NCBI RefSeq assembly: GCF_025215095.1
Contig: NZ_JALHAP010000078.1
Location: 277,425 to 317,424 of the forward strand
DNA length: 40,000 bases
Source: Dryocola boscaweniae
Lineage (GTDB): Bacteria; Pseudomonadota; Gammaproteobacteria; Enterobacterales; Enterobacteriaceae
Direction of reading: 5' to 3'
The notes beneath the pieces were generated by a model, which did no database searches, was not told the DNA's origin, and worked only from the letters and a program-made list of their open reading frames with translations. Shown here piece after piece: positions 11,752-21,405 of this stretch. The stretch's first letter is position 1. Every line of letters starts with the position of its first letter. The translations under genes and the position numbers were made by a program.

Positions 11752-12648
11752 ATGATTAATTTGAAAGCAGTTATCCCGGTAGCCGGTCTTGGCATGCATA
11801 TGTTGCCTGCGACAAAAGCCATCCCGAAAGAGATGCTGCCGATTGTCGATAAGCCGATGATCCAATACATCGTCGATGAAATCGTGGCCGCGGGTATCAA
11901 AGAAATCGTGCTGGTAACCCACTCTTCCAAGAACGCGGTTGAAAACCATTTCGACACGTCTTATGAGCTTGAAGCACTGCTGGAACAGCGCGTGAAGCGC
12001 CAGTTGCTGGCTGAAGTGCAGTCAATTTGCCCGCCGGGCGTGACCATTATGAACGTCCGTCAGGCACAGCCACTTGGGCTTGGCCATTCCATTTTGTGCG
12101 CGCGCCCTGTCGTTGGCGATAACCCATTTGTCGTTGTGCTTCCGGATGTGGTGCTGGACAACGCAAGCGCTGACCCACTGCGCTATAATTTGGCTGCAAT
12201 GGTAGCGCGCTTCAATGACACTGGCCGCAGCCAGGTTCTGGCGAAACATATGCCGAATGAAGACCTCTCCGCTTATTCCGTTATCACAACACAAGAATCG
12301 CTGGATAACGACGGGCAGGTGAGCCGCATCGTCGATTTCGTCGAGAAACCAGACCAGCCGCAAACCCTGGATTCAGACCTGGCAGCCGTTGGCCGCTATG
12401 TGTTGTCTGCGGATATCTGGGCGGAACTGGAAAAAACCGAACCGGGCGCATGGGGCCGTATTCAGTTAACGGATGCCATCGCCGCGCTAAACAAAAAACA
12501 GCCGGTAGAAGCTGCTCTGATGACAGGTGAGAGCTACGACTGCGGCAAGAAAATGGGTTACATGAAAGCGTTTGTGGAGTACGGCCTGCGTAACCATAAG
12601 GAAGGGCAGAAGTTCCGGGATAGCATCCAGAAGATGCTGGCTCGTTGA
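11752..12648 (+). CDS. galF: UTP-glucose-1-phosphate uridylyltransferase-like protein GalF
   Basis: 298 aa. [51 protein letters not shown] is essentially identical to recalled E. coli GalF. This is the classic 5' flank of O-antigen loci. Confidence 0.95.
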   Translation: MINLKAVIPVAGLGMHMLPATKAIPKEMLPIVDKPMIQYIVDEIVAAGIKEIVLVTHSSKNAVENHFDTSYELEALLEQRVKRQLLAEVQSICPPGVTIMNVRQAQPLGLGHSILCARPVVGDNPFVVVLPDVVLDNASADPLRYNLAAMVARFNDTGRSQVLAKHMPNEDLSAYSVITTQESLDNDGQVSRIVDFVEKPDQPQTLDSDLAAVGRYVLSADIWAELEKTEPGAWGRIQLTDAIAALNKKQPVEAALMTGESYDCGKKMGYMKAFVEYGLRNHKEGQKFRDSIQKMLAR

Positions 12649-12683
12649 TTTTAAGCCGATGAAAAAAAATCTCTTATGAGAAG

Positions 12684-12752
12684 AACGGCAGTTAAAGTGG
12701 CAATGGGGTTGCGATTGGGCAGCTTTGTTGGGGCTGACTGCCGTTTTTTTAT
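12684..12752 (+). terminator. Possible galF terminator (long-loop hairpin plus T-tract)
   Basis: aacggcagt (12684-12692) pairs with actgccgtt (12737-12745) and is followed by T7. The 44-nt loop is atypically large, so confidence is low. Confidence 0.3.
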
Positions 12753-12881
12753 GTAAGGCAAAAGGAAGGGGAATCTGCTGGTTAGCGAGCCTATTGGCAT
12801 AAATAAGATTTGGCTGTTGTTTATTCCAATGTGTTCCGCCTCGACAATATTTGTACGAGACATAAAGCGAGTAGCAAATAT

Positions 12882-12920
12882 CAGTATTCTGGTAGCTGTT
12901 AAGCCAGGGGCGGTAGCGTG
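12882..12920 (+). promoter_or_regulatory. 39-bp JUMPstart element containing the ops site (RfaH loading site)
   Basis: cagtattctggtagctgttaagccaggggcggtagcgtg matches the recalled JUMPstart consensus. The 12-nt ops GGCGGTAGCGTG sits at 12909-12920, about 110 nt upstream of rmlB. Confidence 0.85.
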
Positions 12921-13028
12921 GTTAAAGGCTTTGTTAGACTCATTCCCGTGTTTTCATCTTACTCAGGATTATCATCTTCAGTATAAGTCTTGAAGATAAT
13001 CATTACATATTAGAGAGAGAATATTTTC

Positions 13029-14114
13029 GTGAAAATTCTTGTTACTGGTGGTGCCGGTTTTATCGGTTCTGCGGTCGTTCGTCACATCATAAATAATACT
13101 CAAGACAGCGTCGTTAACGTCGATAAATTGACCTATGCGGGTAACCTGGAATCCCTGGCAGAAGTCTCCGATAGTGAGCGCTATGCGTTTGTTCAGGCAG
13201 ATATTTGCGACAGAAATGCTTTAGATAAGATTTTTGCAGAACATCAACCAGACGCGGTAATGCACCTGGCGGCGGAAAGCCATGTTGATCGTTCTATTAC
13301 CGGGCCTGCTGAATTTATCGAAACCAATATTGTCGGGACTTATACCCTTCTGGAAGCTGCTCGGGCCTACTGGTCTCAATTAAATGATAGCTGTAAAGCA
13401 GGCTTTCGTTTCCACCATATCTCTACGGATGAAGTTTACGGCGATTTACCGCATCCGGACGAACGTCCGGCAGGTGAAGAATTACCTCTGTTTACAGAAA
13501 CAACTTCTTATGCGCCGAGCAGCCCATATTCTGCTTCTAAAGCATCCAGTGACCACCTGGTTCGTGCGTGGCAACGTACCTATGGCTTGCCGTGTATCGT
13601 GACCAATTGTTCAAACAATTACGGCCCGTTCCACTTCCCTGAAAAACTGATCCCATTAGTAATCCTCAATGCTCTTGAAGGCAAAAACCTGCCGGTATAT
13701 GGCAAAGGCGATCAGATTCGCGACTGGCTCTATGTGGAAGACCATGCACGTGCGCTTTATACCGTAGTAACTCAGGGCCAGATTGGTGAGACATACAATA
13801 TTGGTGGCCATAACGAGAAGAAGAATCTCGATGTTGTAATGACGATTTGTGGCTTATTGGATGAACTGGTCCCTAAAACCACTTCATACCGTGAACAAAT
13901 CACCTACGTTGCAGACCGTCCGGGACATGATCGTCGCTATGCTATTGATGCCAGTAAAATCAGCCATGAACTGAACTGGAAACCACAGGAAACCTTCGAG
14001 AGCGGTATTCGTAAAACCGTACAATGGTATCTGTCAAACCAGCAATGGGTCGAAAATATTAAGAGCGGGGCCTATAAAAATTGGATTGAGCAAAATTATG
14101 GGGATCGCAAGTAA
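13029..14114 (+). CDS. rmlB: dTDP-glucose 4,6-dehydratase
   Basis: 361 aa with a GTG start. Motifs: [14 protein letters not shown] Rossmann, [15 protein letters not shown] (YxxxK), NCSNNYGP. Confidence 0.95.
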   Translation: MKILVTGGAGFIGSAVVRHIINNTQDSVVNVDKLTYAGNLESLAEVSDSERYAFVQADICDRNALDKIFAEHQPDAVMHLAAESHVDRSITGPAEFIETNIVGTYTLLEAARAYWSQLNDSCKAGFRFHHISTDEVYGDLPHPDERPAGEELPLFTETTSYAPSSPYSASKASSDHLVRAWQRTYGLPCIVTNCSNNYGPFHFPEKLIPLVILNALEGKNLPVYGKGDQIRDWLYVEDHARALYTVVTQGQIGETYNIGGHNEKKNLDVVMTICGLLDELVPKTTSYREQITYVADRPGHDRRYAIDASKISHELNWKPQETFESGIRKTVQWYLSNQQWVENIKSGAYKNWIEQNYGDRK

Positions 14115-15013
14115 TGAATATCCTTCTGTTTGGCAAAACAGGCCAGGTCGGCTGGGAACTACAGCGCTCTCTGGCCCCGTTAGGCAATATAATTGCAGTT
14201 GATGTGCATTCGACTGAATATTGCGGTGATTTCAGTAATCCAGAAGGCGTTGCGGAAACCGTACGCCGAGTGAAGCCTGATGTAATTGTAAATGCAGCAG
14301 CACATACTGCCGTAGATAAAGCCGAAAGCGAGCGTGATTTTGCGCAATTGCTTAATGCGACGAGCGTAGAAGCTATTGCTAAAGAAGCAGAAAAAATCAA
14401 CGCATGGCTGGTTCATTATTCTACGGATTATGTTTTCCCTGGCGATGGTGAAAAACCATGGCAGGAGACAGATGCTACAGCGCCCCTTAATGTGTATGGC
14501 GAAACAAAATTAGCTGGTGAAATTGCTGTGCAACAATACTGTACCAGGCATCTGATTTTTCGTACCAGTTGGGTATATGCCGGGAAAGGAAATAATTTTG
14601 CAAAAACCATGCTGCGCCTGGCTAAAGATCGTGCAGAGCTAGCTATTATTAACGATCAGTTTGGAGCACCAACCGGGGCAGAGCTATTAGCTGATTGCAC
14701 AGCGCATGCAATTTCCACCGCATTGCGCAAACCAGAGGTAGCAGGGCTTTATCATCTTGTTGCTTCTGGTACCACAACCTGGTTTGATTACGCTAACCTG
14801 GTATTCGCTGAAGCGAAAAACGCTGGTCTGGTACTTGCCGTTAATAAAACTAATCCAGTACCTACATCTGCATACCCTACACCAGCGAAACGGCCTCATA
14901 ACTCCCGGCTAGATACTTCGAAGTTCCAGCAAACATTTAACTTAACATTGCCTTGTTGGGATGTTGGCGTGAAGCGTATGCTGGCCGAGCTTTTTGCGGC
15001 TTCGAATGCATAA
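14114..15013 (+). CDS. rmlD: dTDP-4-dehydrorhamnose reductase
   Basis: 299 aa. [27 protein letters not shown], and YG-TKLAGE are all typical RmlD. The start overlaps the rmlB stop (TAATG). Confidence 0.95.
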   Translation: MNILLFGKTGQVGWELQRSLAPLGNIIAVDVHSTEYCGDFSNPEGVAETVRRVKPDVIVNAAAHTAVDKAESERDFAQLLNATSVEAIAKEAEKINAWLVHYSTDYVFPGDGEKPWQETDATAPLNVYGETKLAGEIAVQQYCTRHLIFRTSWVYAGKGNNFAKTMLRLAKDRAELAIINDQFGAPTGAELLADCTAHAISTALRKPEVAGLYHLVASGTTTWFDYANLVFAEAKNAGLVLAVNKTNPVPTSAYPTPAKRPHNSRLDTSKFQQTFNLTLPCWDVGVKRMLAELFAASNA

Positions 15014-15073
15014 TAAATAATATTAACAGTGCTCAAGCTAAAGAGCGCTTTCAATACATTGGGATATCAAATA

Positions 15074-15946
15074 ATGACTTCACGTAAAGGAATTATCCTC
15101 GCTGGTGGTTCTGGTACTCGCCTGTACCCGGTAACAATGGCCGTCAGCAAACAACTTTTGCCTATTTATGACAAGCCGATGATCTATTACCCACTCAGCA
15201 CATTAATGCTGGCGGGCATTCGAGACATCCTCATCATCAGTACTCCACAAGATACACCGCGCTTCGAACAATTGCTGGGAGACGGTAGCCAGTGGGGTTT
15301 AAATCTTCAGTATAAAGTGCAGGATAATCCGGATGGTTTGGCACAGGCGTTTATCATTGGCGAAGAATTCATTGGTAACGATGATTGTGCATTAGTTCTT
15401 GGCGACAATATTTTCTACGGCCATGATTTGCAAAAGCAGCTTGAAAATGCCGTGGCAAAAGAGTCAGGAGCTACGGTCTTTGCTTATCATGTTCACGATC
15501 CTGAACGTTATGGCGTTGTTGAGTTTGATAAAGATGGCAAGGCCATCTCCCTTGAAGAGAAACCACTTGAGCCAAAAAGTAATTATGCGGTTACAGGACT
15601 TTATTTCTATGACAATAGCGTTGTAGAAATGGCTAAAGGTCTGAAGCCTTCAGATCGTGGTGAATTGGAAATTACAGATATTAACCGTATCTATATGGAA
15701 CAGGGCCGCATGTCAGTAGCCATGATGGGCCGCGGTTATGCATGGTTAGATACCGGCACGCATCAGAGCCTTATCGAAGCGAGCAACTTCATTCAGACCA
15801 TTGAGCTGCGCCAGGGGCTAAAAGTCGCTTGCCCTGAAGAGATAGCGTTTCGAAAAGGGTTTATTGATGCCGAGCAAGTAAATAAATTAGCACAGCCATT
15901 GTCAAAAAATGCTTATGGGAAGTATTTGTTAAATATGATTAAGTAA
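15074..15946 (+). CDS. rmlA: Glucose-1-phosphate thymidylyltransferase
   Basis: The ATG at 15074 gives [21 protein letters not shown], the canonical RmlA start (290 aa). The track start at 15029 is an upstream in-frame GTG with no support. Confidence 0.95.
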   Translation: MTSRKGIILAGGSGTRLYPVTMAVSKQLLPIYDKPMIYYPLSTLMLAGIRDILIISTPQDTPRFEQLLGDGSQWGLNLQYKVQDNPDGLAQAFIIGEEFIGNDDCALVLGDNIFYGHDLQKQLENAVAKESGATVFAYHVHDPERYGVVEFDKDGKAISLEEKPLEPKSNYAVTGLYFYDNSVVEMAKGLKPSDRGELEITDINRIYMEQGRMSVAMMGRGYAWLDTGTHQSLIEASNFIQTIELRQGLKVACPEEIAFRKGFIDAEQVNKLAQPLSKNAYGKYLLNMIK

Positions 15947-15961
15947 TCATCAGATAATTTA

Positions 15962-16762
15962 ATGTTATATACAGAAGAAATAATGGGTATGGGAAATTTT
16001 ATAAGCGTAATATCACATGGTCACGCTGCGTTGATAAAAGAACTAAATGTATTGTCTAAATTAGCCATAAGCAACACAGTGATTATTAAATGTAATAAAG
16101 AAAGCGATGTCGTTGCGTTAGAAGGGTATTGTAAAAAAAATAATATTCATCTTATTACTGATAACTATGGCTTAGGTTTCGGTGCGAATAATAACTTAGT
16201 ATTTAACTATTGTAGAAAAAATCTCGGATTGAAAGCTGAAGACTATTTCATTGTAATGAACCCTGACTTAGAAATAGATACATATGAACTTAAAAAATTA
16301 AATTGCTATGTATTAGAAAACGCATCAAAATTATCGACTATAAATTTATATAAAAATGAGGAAAAAACAGTCTCAGATGACGCAATAAGAAAGTACCCTA
16401 AAATGGGGGATTTTTTTCTATCATTAGTATTAAAGAAAAATCGTTCTAAATATAATAAGACGCTGATTGAAAAACCTACGGAAGTTGATTGGGCTGCAGG
16501 TTCTTTCCTGATGTTTCAAGCGGATCATTATCAGCAACTTGGTGGATTTGATGAGAAATATTTTATGTATTGTGAAGACATAGATATTTGTTATCGTTCT
16601 AGTTTATTAAAGCATAAGCCAATATATTATCCAGATGTTACGGCTGTTCACTATGCGAAACACGCTAACAGATCCTTTTTATCAAAACATTTCTTCTGGC
16701 ATCTTAAGAGTGCTTTATTATTTCTTGCGATGCGATATAAAAACCCAATTAAAATCAATTAA
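15962..16762 (+). CDS. wbbL: WbbL-like GT2 rhamnosyltransferase (predicted dTDP-Rha:GlcNAc-PP-Und transferase)
   Basis: Collinear with recalled E. coli K-12 WbbL: VISHGH, GFG-NNN, NPD, RK-P, VDW-AGSF-M, GFD--YFMYCEDID-C-R, HYA-H-NRSF-SK-F-WHLKS. Alternative starts at 15983 or 15989 (MGMGNFISVISHGH) would fit the family length better. Confidence 0.8.
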   Translation: MLYTEEIMGMGNFISVISHGHAALIKELNVLSKLAISNTVIIKCNKESDVVALEGYCKKNNIHLITDNYGLGFGANNNLVFNYCRKNLGLKAEDYFIVMNPDLEIDTYELKKLNCYVLENASKLSTINLYKNEEKTVSDDAIRKYPKMGDFFLSLVLKKNRSKYNKTLIEKPTEVDWAAGSFLMFQADHYQQLGGFDEKYFMYCEDIDICYRSSLLKHKPIYYPDVTAVHYAKHANRSFLSKHFFWHLKSALLFLAMRYKNPIKIN

Positions 16763-16787
16763 TGTGCCTTTTTAGTAGAGAGTGTTT

Positions 16788-17339
16788 ATGAATTTTGTCG
16801 AAACAGAAATAAAAGATGTGAAAATTATTGAACCAAAAGTGTTCGGTGATTCGAGAGGCTTTTTTTATGAAAGTTTTAATGAAAAAAAGTTTATAGACGA
16901 AACTAAACAAAATATAATTTTCTGTCAAGATAACCATTCAAAATCTTCACGAGGGGTTTTACGAGGCCTACATTTTCAACGAAACCCCTATGCTCAAGGA
17001 AAACTAGTTCGATGCATTGCAGGATCGGTTTTTGATGTTGCAGTGGATATTAGAATAGATTCGCCAAGTTATGGTAAGTATGTGAGCGTAGTTCTGTCTG
17101 CAGAGAATAAGAAACAATTGTGGATACCTGCGGGTTTTGCTCATGGATTTTTGACATTAGAGGATAATACTGAATTTGTATATAAAACTACAAATTATTA
17201 TCATCCGGAAAGTGAAGGTTGCATTGTATGGAATGACAAACAATTAAATATAAATTGGCCAGTTATCGGAGAAATAAAGTTATCTGATAAAGATAATTTA
17301 GGAATGACATTGGCGCAATACATTGAAGAATTTAATTAA
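16788..17339 (+). CDS. rmlC: dTDP-4-dehydrorhamnose 3,5-epimerase
   Basis: MNFVETEIKDVKIIEPKVFGDSRGFFYESF, QDNHS-S--GVLRGLHFQ, KLVRC--G-VFDVAVD and YKTTNYYHPESE are all RmlC hallmarks. The ATG at 16788 follows a gagag SD; the track start at 16782 is a GTG two codons upstream. Confidence 0.9.
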   Translation: MNFVETEIKDVKIIEPKVFGDSRGFFYESFNEKKFIDETKQNIIFCQDNHSKSSRGVLRGLHFQRNPYAQGKLVRCIAGSVFDVAVDIRIDSPSYGKYVSVVLSAENKKQLWIPAGFAHGFLTLEDNTEFVYKTTNYYHPESEGCIVWNDKQLNINWPVIGEIKLSDKDNLGMTLAQYIEEFN

Positions 17340-17341
17340 AT

Positions 17342-18256
17342 ATGAATGCAAATGTGCTGGCAGTAATTGTACTGTATAATCCTAACATCATTATTCTCGA
17401 TGCCTTAATCAAAAGTATAATTGATCAAGTTGAATATCTCTGTGTGGTTGATAATAGTCCATCCCCTGCTGAATATTCAGTTAACCAATTATTAAAGGAA
17501 CATATCCATAAAAGCATTTATCTCCCTTTTCATGACAACTTAGGCATCGCAACTGCACAGAATAAAGGAATTAAGTGGGCGAAGGATAATGGATTTACAC
17601 ATGTATTGCTTTTAGATCAAGACAGTCTTTTGCCTCCAAATATGGTTTCTGAATTATTGTCTGATGAGAATAAGTTAGTAAGGATTGGCTACAAAGTTGC
17701 TGCTATAGGTCCTTCTTTCATTGACCAGAAAACTAACGAAACGACATCCGCTGTAGAAACAGGATTTTTAAGAACCAAAAAGAAAACTGTTTCCAGCGAA
17801 AATACCCTCCCGGTAAAAAGTGATTATATAATTGCCTCTGGCTCATTGATCCGCATAAGTACTTTAGATACCTTGGGGGGTATGAGAGAAGAGTTATTCA
17901 TTGATTGGGTAGATATTGAATGGGGGGAACGATGCCACAATGCGGGATATTTTTCATTTATATCCAGAAATGTTATCATGCAGCATAGCATTGGAGATGA
18001 GCATATTAATATTTTAGGGAAAATAATATATTTGCACTCTGATTTCAGAAATTATTTCATAGTTCGAAATGCTGTCTATCTGTCAAAAGATCCATCGATT
18101 CGATGGAAATTGAGGTGTTCTATGTTTCTAAAAACACCTTATTACATCACGCTTTTCTCTTTACTTTCTAAAAAGAAAATTTACTCTTTCAGGTTACTTC
18201 TTAGAGCAGTTATGGATGGGCTTCGCAATAAAATGGGGAAAGGTTATTTTAAATGA
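17342..18256 (+). CDS. GT2-family glycosyltransferase, L-rhamnosyltransferase-like
   Basis: 304 aa. It has the GT-A N-terminus (AVIVLYNPN, VVDNSP, GIATAQNKGI) and a DxD-type LLLDQDS motif. The pattern resembles the rhamnosyltransferase subgroup of GT2, but acceptor and donor cannot be read from the sequence. Confidence 0.75.
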   Translation: MNANVLAVIVLYNPNIIILDALIKSIIDQVEYLCVVDNSPSPAEYSVNQLLKEHIHKSIYLPFHDNLGIATAQNKGIKWAKDNGFTHVLLLDQDSLLPPNMVSELLSDENKLVRIGYKVAAIGPSFIDQKTNETTSAVETGFLRTKKKTVSSENTLPVKSDYIIASGSLIRISTLDTLGGMREELFIDWVDIEWGERCHNAGYFSFISRNVIMQHSIGDEHINILGKIIYLHSDFRNYFIVRNAVYLSKDPSIRWKLRCSMFLKTPYYITLFSLLSKKKIYSFRLLLRAVMDGLRNKMGKGYFK

Positions 18257-19311
18257 CACCATACTACACCTTCCTTTTTTTAACCCTATTTTTGGTTACC
18301 CTAAGTAGTGTGATGAAAAAACAGTCAAAAGCGTTAAGTGATCTCGCTTGGCTGTTTCTTCTTTGCTCTTTAGCTGTGATTGCAGCTATTAGGGCACCAG
18401 GTGTGGATCGTGACTATTATAATTATTTAAGCTGGTTTGGTTTAATAAACTCAAGTTTTACTGACGCAATTGCAGAAAATAAAGATTTGGGTTTTGTTTA
18501 CTTGTACAAAATAATATCCTTTTTAACTCCTGAACCTTGGCTTTTCTTCTTTGTAATAAGCTTGCTTGCTTTGCAGTTTAAGAGAAAATTTGCGGTGACC
18601 ATATTTAATGGTCGTTTTGTCGGGATGCTATTCTTGCTTATAATTGCAAGATTTTATTTGCTACATGAATTTACTCAAATTCGTGCTGGTTTAGCAATAG
18701 CTTTAAGTTCATATGCGGTTGTTATAAACCTAAACAATAAAAATAAACATAGTCATATTTATTTTTTGATGGCTATTTTAATGCATCTTTCGACAATTTT
18801 AATACCGGCGTTATTGATGGCATATAAAATTTTCCCATTCGTTCGGAAAAGATATTTTTTATTATTACTACCTTTGCTAGGATTTTGTTCTGCTGGTGTA
18901 TCTATATTAATTTTAAGAAATATTGAAATGCACCGTTTATTAATTTATGCGGATGCAGACCAATTACAAGGCGTTTCATTATTATCTTTTTATTATATTG
19001 TGCGATTTGCAGTTTATTATTTTATTTTAATTAGGGTTTATGATTATCTAGAACCTTCAAAAAAAGCTATTGTTTATTTTTCTGCTGTCAGTTTATTCAG
19101 TAATGCGGCGTTTTCATGGAGTAGTGTAATATCATTAAGAATCGTTGAATTATTGGGAATGTTTGACTTAGCTATGTTTATACTTCCTGTCTTGTATGTC
19201 AAAAATAATAGTGTTTGGATATATAAACTATTAGTGGTTATATTAGCAGTAATTCTGTTTACTTCAACCGTAAAGATTATGAATCCCTATGAAACTTTTT
19301 TATTTAATTAG
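18253..19311 (+). CDS. wzy: O-antigen polymerase Wzy (EpsG-like family)
   Basis: 352 aa, about 10 predicted hydrophobic spans. It has an EpsG-like FTQIRAGLAIAL motif. Very AT-rich. ATGA overlap with the upstream GT. It is the only polymerase-like membrane protein in the cluster. Confidence 0.7.
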   Translation: MTPYYTFLFLTLFLVTLSSVMKKQSKALSDLAWLFLLCSLAVIAAIRAPGVDRDYYNYLSWFGLINSSFTDAIAENKDLGFVYLYKIISFLTPEPWLFFFVISLLALQFKRKFAVTIFNGRFVGMLFLLIIARFYLLHEFTQIRAGLAIALSSYAVVINLNNKNKHSHIYFLMAILMHLSTILIPALLMAYKIFPFVRKRYFLLLLPLLGFCSAGVSILILRNIEMHRLLIYADADQLQGVSLLSFYYIVRFAVYYFILIRVYDYLEPSKKAIVYFSAVSLFSNAAFSWSSVISLRIVELLGMFDLAMFILPVLYVKNNSVWIYKLLVVILAVILFTSTVKIMNPYETFLFN

Positions 19312-19422
19312 TAGTGACCAGCGGTATGTTTGTGAGTTTTAGCTGTTGTCATTAAGATATATGTCAGTCTTATTTCCTGAGTTGAAACCGCGTTTGCAAG
19401 AATATCAAGTTTGAGGTTTTTT

Positions 19423-20172
19423 ATGAATCATATGAAAGTTGTTTATACTGCTCTTTTTGGTAATTATGATCAATTGATATCTGCACCGATTAGCTCAGAA
19501 GAAATTTGTTATATTTGTTTTACTGATCAAAAAATAAAAGACTCAAAGGGTTGGCGCATAATTCAAGTGGATTCAGAAGCCTCGAATTTTTCAAAGGCAA
19601 TGTTAAACCGATATTATAAAATCAATCCACATCTATTTTTTAGTGATTATGATAGCAGCCTTTATGTTGATGCAAATATCGAAATCATCAAAGACCCATC
19701 TTTTCTATTTGATAAATATCTTAAGAATGCAGATATAGCTGTACCAAAACATTTCTCCCGGAACTGTATTTTTTCCGAAGCTACCGAGTGCATTATAGTT
19801 GGTAAAGATAAAGCTAGCCGAATTCGAAAGCAAATGAAAAAATATAAAGCAGAAGGCATGCCAGAAAATTTTGGGCTGGGTGAGAATAATATTATTTTCA
19901 GAAATCATAATGATATTAAAGTTAAAAAAATTATGGGCGAGTGGTGGCGTGAGATGAATACGGAATCGTCTCGAGATCAATTAAGCTTTGGATATATACT
20001 TTGGAAAAATAAATCTCAATTTCTTTATATGGATGAGTCATCTAGAGCTGGTAAGGGTTTCTTTAAGTATCATATGCATAATGAGGTTGCAAGTAAACGG
20101 CATGTATCAAGGATGCATCATAAGCTTTCTGTAAAATTCCGAAAAGTGATTTATTTTAATCTCAAATATTAA
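19423..20172 (+). CDS. DUF616 (TOD1/MUCI70-like) putative glycosyltransferase
   Basis: 249 aa from the ATG at 19423 (gagg SD 6 nt upstream; the track start at 19411 is TTG). Pattern VVYTALFGNYD ... YYKINPH ... YDSSLYVDANI ... H--RNCI--E ... WWREM---S-RDQLSFGYILWK is what I recall for Pfam DUF616. Confidence 0.6.
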   Translation: MNHMKVVYTALFGNYDQLISAPISSEEICYICFTDQKIKDSKGWRIIQVDSEASNFSKAMLNRYYKINPHLFFSDYDSSLYVDANIEIIKDPSFLFDKYLKNADIAVPKHFSRNCIFSEATECIIVGKDKASRIRKQMKKYKAEGMPENFGLGENNIIFRNHNDIKVKKIMGEWWREMNTESSRDQLSFGYILWKNKSQFLYMDESSRAGKGFFKYHMHNEVASKRHVSRMHHKLSVKFRKVIYFNLKY

Positions 20173-20293
20173 AGACTTGGTCTCCGAGTTTAAAATTCAA
20201 ATATGATAAAATCCTCGACGTTTAACAGAAATTCATATTGGCAATATTTTTTCCAACTATTTCAGTTAAAGTTCAATTTGGCATGGGATATTT

Positions 20294-21163
20294 ATGTTAC
20301 AAGTAAAAAAAATATTAAGAGAGCTAAGAGCCCGTTTATTCCCCGATGCTTTATATTTAGAACATGTCTTCGTAAAGCAAGTAGGCTACAAACTGAACCT
20401 AAAGAATCCCCAAACCTTCAATGAGAAGTTGCAATGGTTGAAAATTAATTATCGTAAGCCACTATTAACGCAGTGTGCTGATAAATATGCTGTACGAGAA
20501 TACATTGCAACGGTTATTGGTGAACAATATTTAATACCTTTGATCCATGTGACTGATGAACCAAATGATTTACTTACTTTTGAGTTCCCTGATTACCCTT
20601 GTATTGTAAAATCTAATCATGATAGTGGCGGTTATCAGATCATCAGAGATAATAACGTTGATCGAAATAAATTAGTTACTGATGCAAGCGGATGGATTAA
20701 AAATAATCATTTCTATAAAACAAAAGAATGGCAATATAAAAATATTAAGCCTAAGATTATTATTGAAAAATTACTAATGGACGAGAATGGTCATATACCA
20801 AATGATATAAAATTTAGTTGCATAAATGGCCGCGCTGAAATTGTTCATGTTGATTCAAATAAAGAAGTTAAGCATTTACGAAATAATTATACTCGTGAGT
20901 TCGAACCGCTCGCCATGAACTGGCCAGCAGAGTATGATCGTAATGTCTATTTTCCTAAGTCCAAAGTTTTCCCTGAAGCCAGGCAACTAGCAGAAATACT
21001 TGCTAAACCTTTCCCTTTTGTGCGTGTTGATTTCTATTTTGTAGGTGAAAACATATATTTCGGGGAGCTTACGTTTCATCCAACTTCAGGCTTTGGCCGT
21101 TTTTCACCCAACTATTATGACTTCAAATATGGAAGCAAATTAACTTTGCCAAAAGTTATTTGA
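20294..21163 (+). CDS. TupA-like ATP-grasp fold amidoligase family protein
   Basis: 289 aa. LNLKNPQTFNEKLQWLKINYR, DKYAVREYI, IVKSNHDSGG, PFPFVRVDFY and IYFGELTFHP-SG fit the recalled ATPgrasp_TupA family profile along the whole length. Confidence 0.65.
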   Translation: MLQVKKILRELRARLFPDALYLEHVFVKQVGYKLNLKNPQTFNEKLQWLKINYRKPLLTQCADKYAVREYIATVIGEQYLIPLIHVTDEPNDLLTFEFPDYPCIVKSNHDSGGYQIIRDNNVDRNKLVTDASGWIKNNHFYKTKEWQYKNIKPKIIIEKLLMDENGHIPNDIKFSCINGRAEIVHVDSNKEVKHLRNNYTREFEPLAMNWPAEYDRNVYFPKSKVFPEARQLAEILAKPFPFVRVDFYFVGENIYFGELTFHPTSGFGRFSPNYYDFKYGSKLTLPKVI

Positions 21164-21405
21164 TTTATTTTTGTCAGTTATAATGCCTTTGTTAATGCTT
21201 TAATCCCTGTATAGTTAAATTTTCTTATATAATATTTGCGTGATGTCCACGAAGCAAAATAGTTTTACATATACTATTAATCATCAATTTATTATTCAGC
21301 ACAGCACTTTTTTCTATTGCTATCATCTAATCTTAAGTTAACATCTAAGCCACATTCTAAGCTGCGCATATAACGCGCAGTGACCACACCTGACAGGAGT
21401 ATATG

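Noticed and set aside
12651-12863. 70-aa minus-strand ORF in the galF-rmlB intergenic region.
   Set aside because: It lies across the putative galF terminator and promoter region, has no ribosome-binding site and has no recognisable features. This interval is known to be regulatory (JUMPstart).
20203-20424. 73-aa ORF in the DUF616 to ATP-grasp spacer that overlaps the ATP-grasp start.
   Set aside because: There is no SD, the sequence is a low-complexity AT-rich translation, and it overlaps the 5' end of a well-supported gene in another frame.
21164-21405. AT-rich 240-bp spacer upstream of gnd, checked for an IS or H-repeat remnant or a second JUMPstart.
   Set aside because: I found no terminal inverted repeats, transposase fragments or ops-like sequence. 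The last roughly 60 bp, including the ctgcgc..gcgcag hairpin and the aggag SD, look like the ordinary conserved gnd leader.
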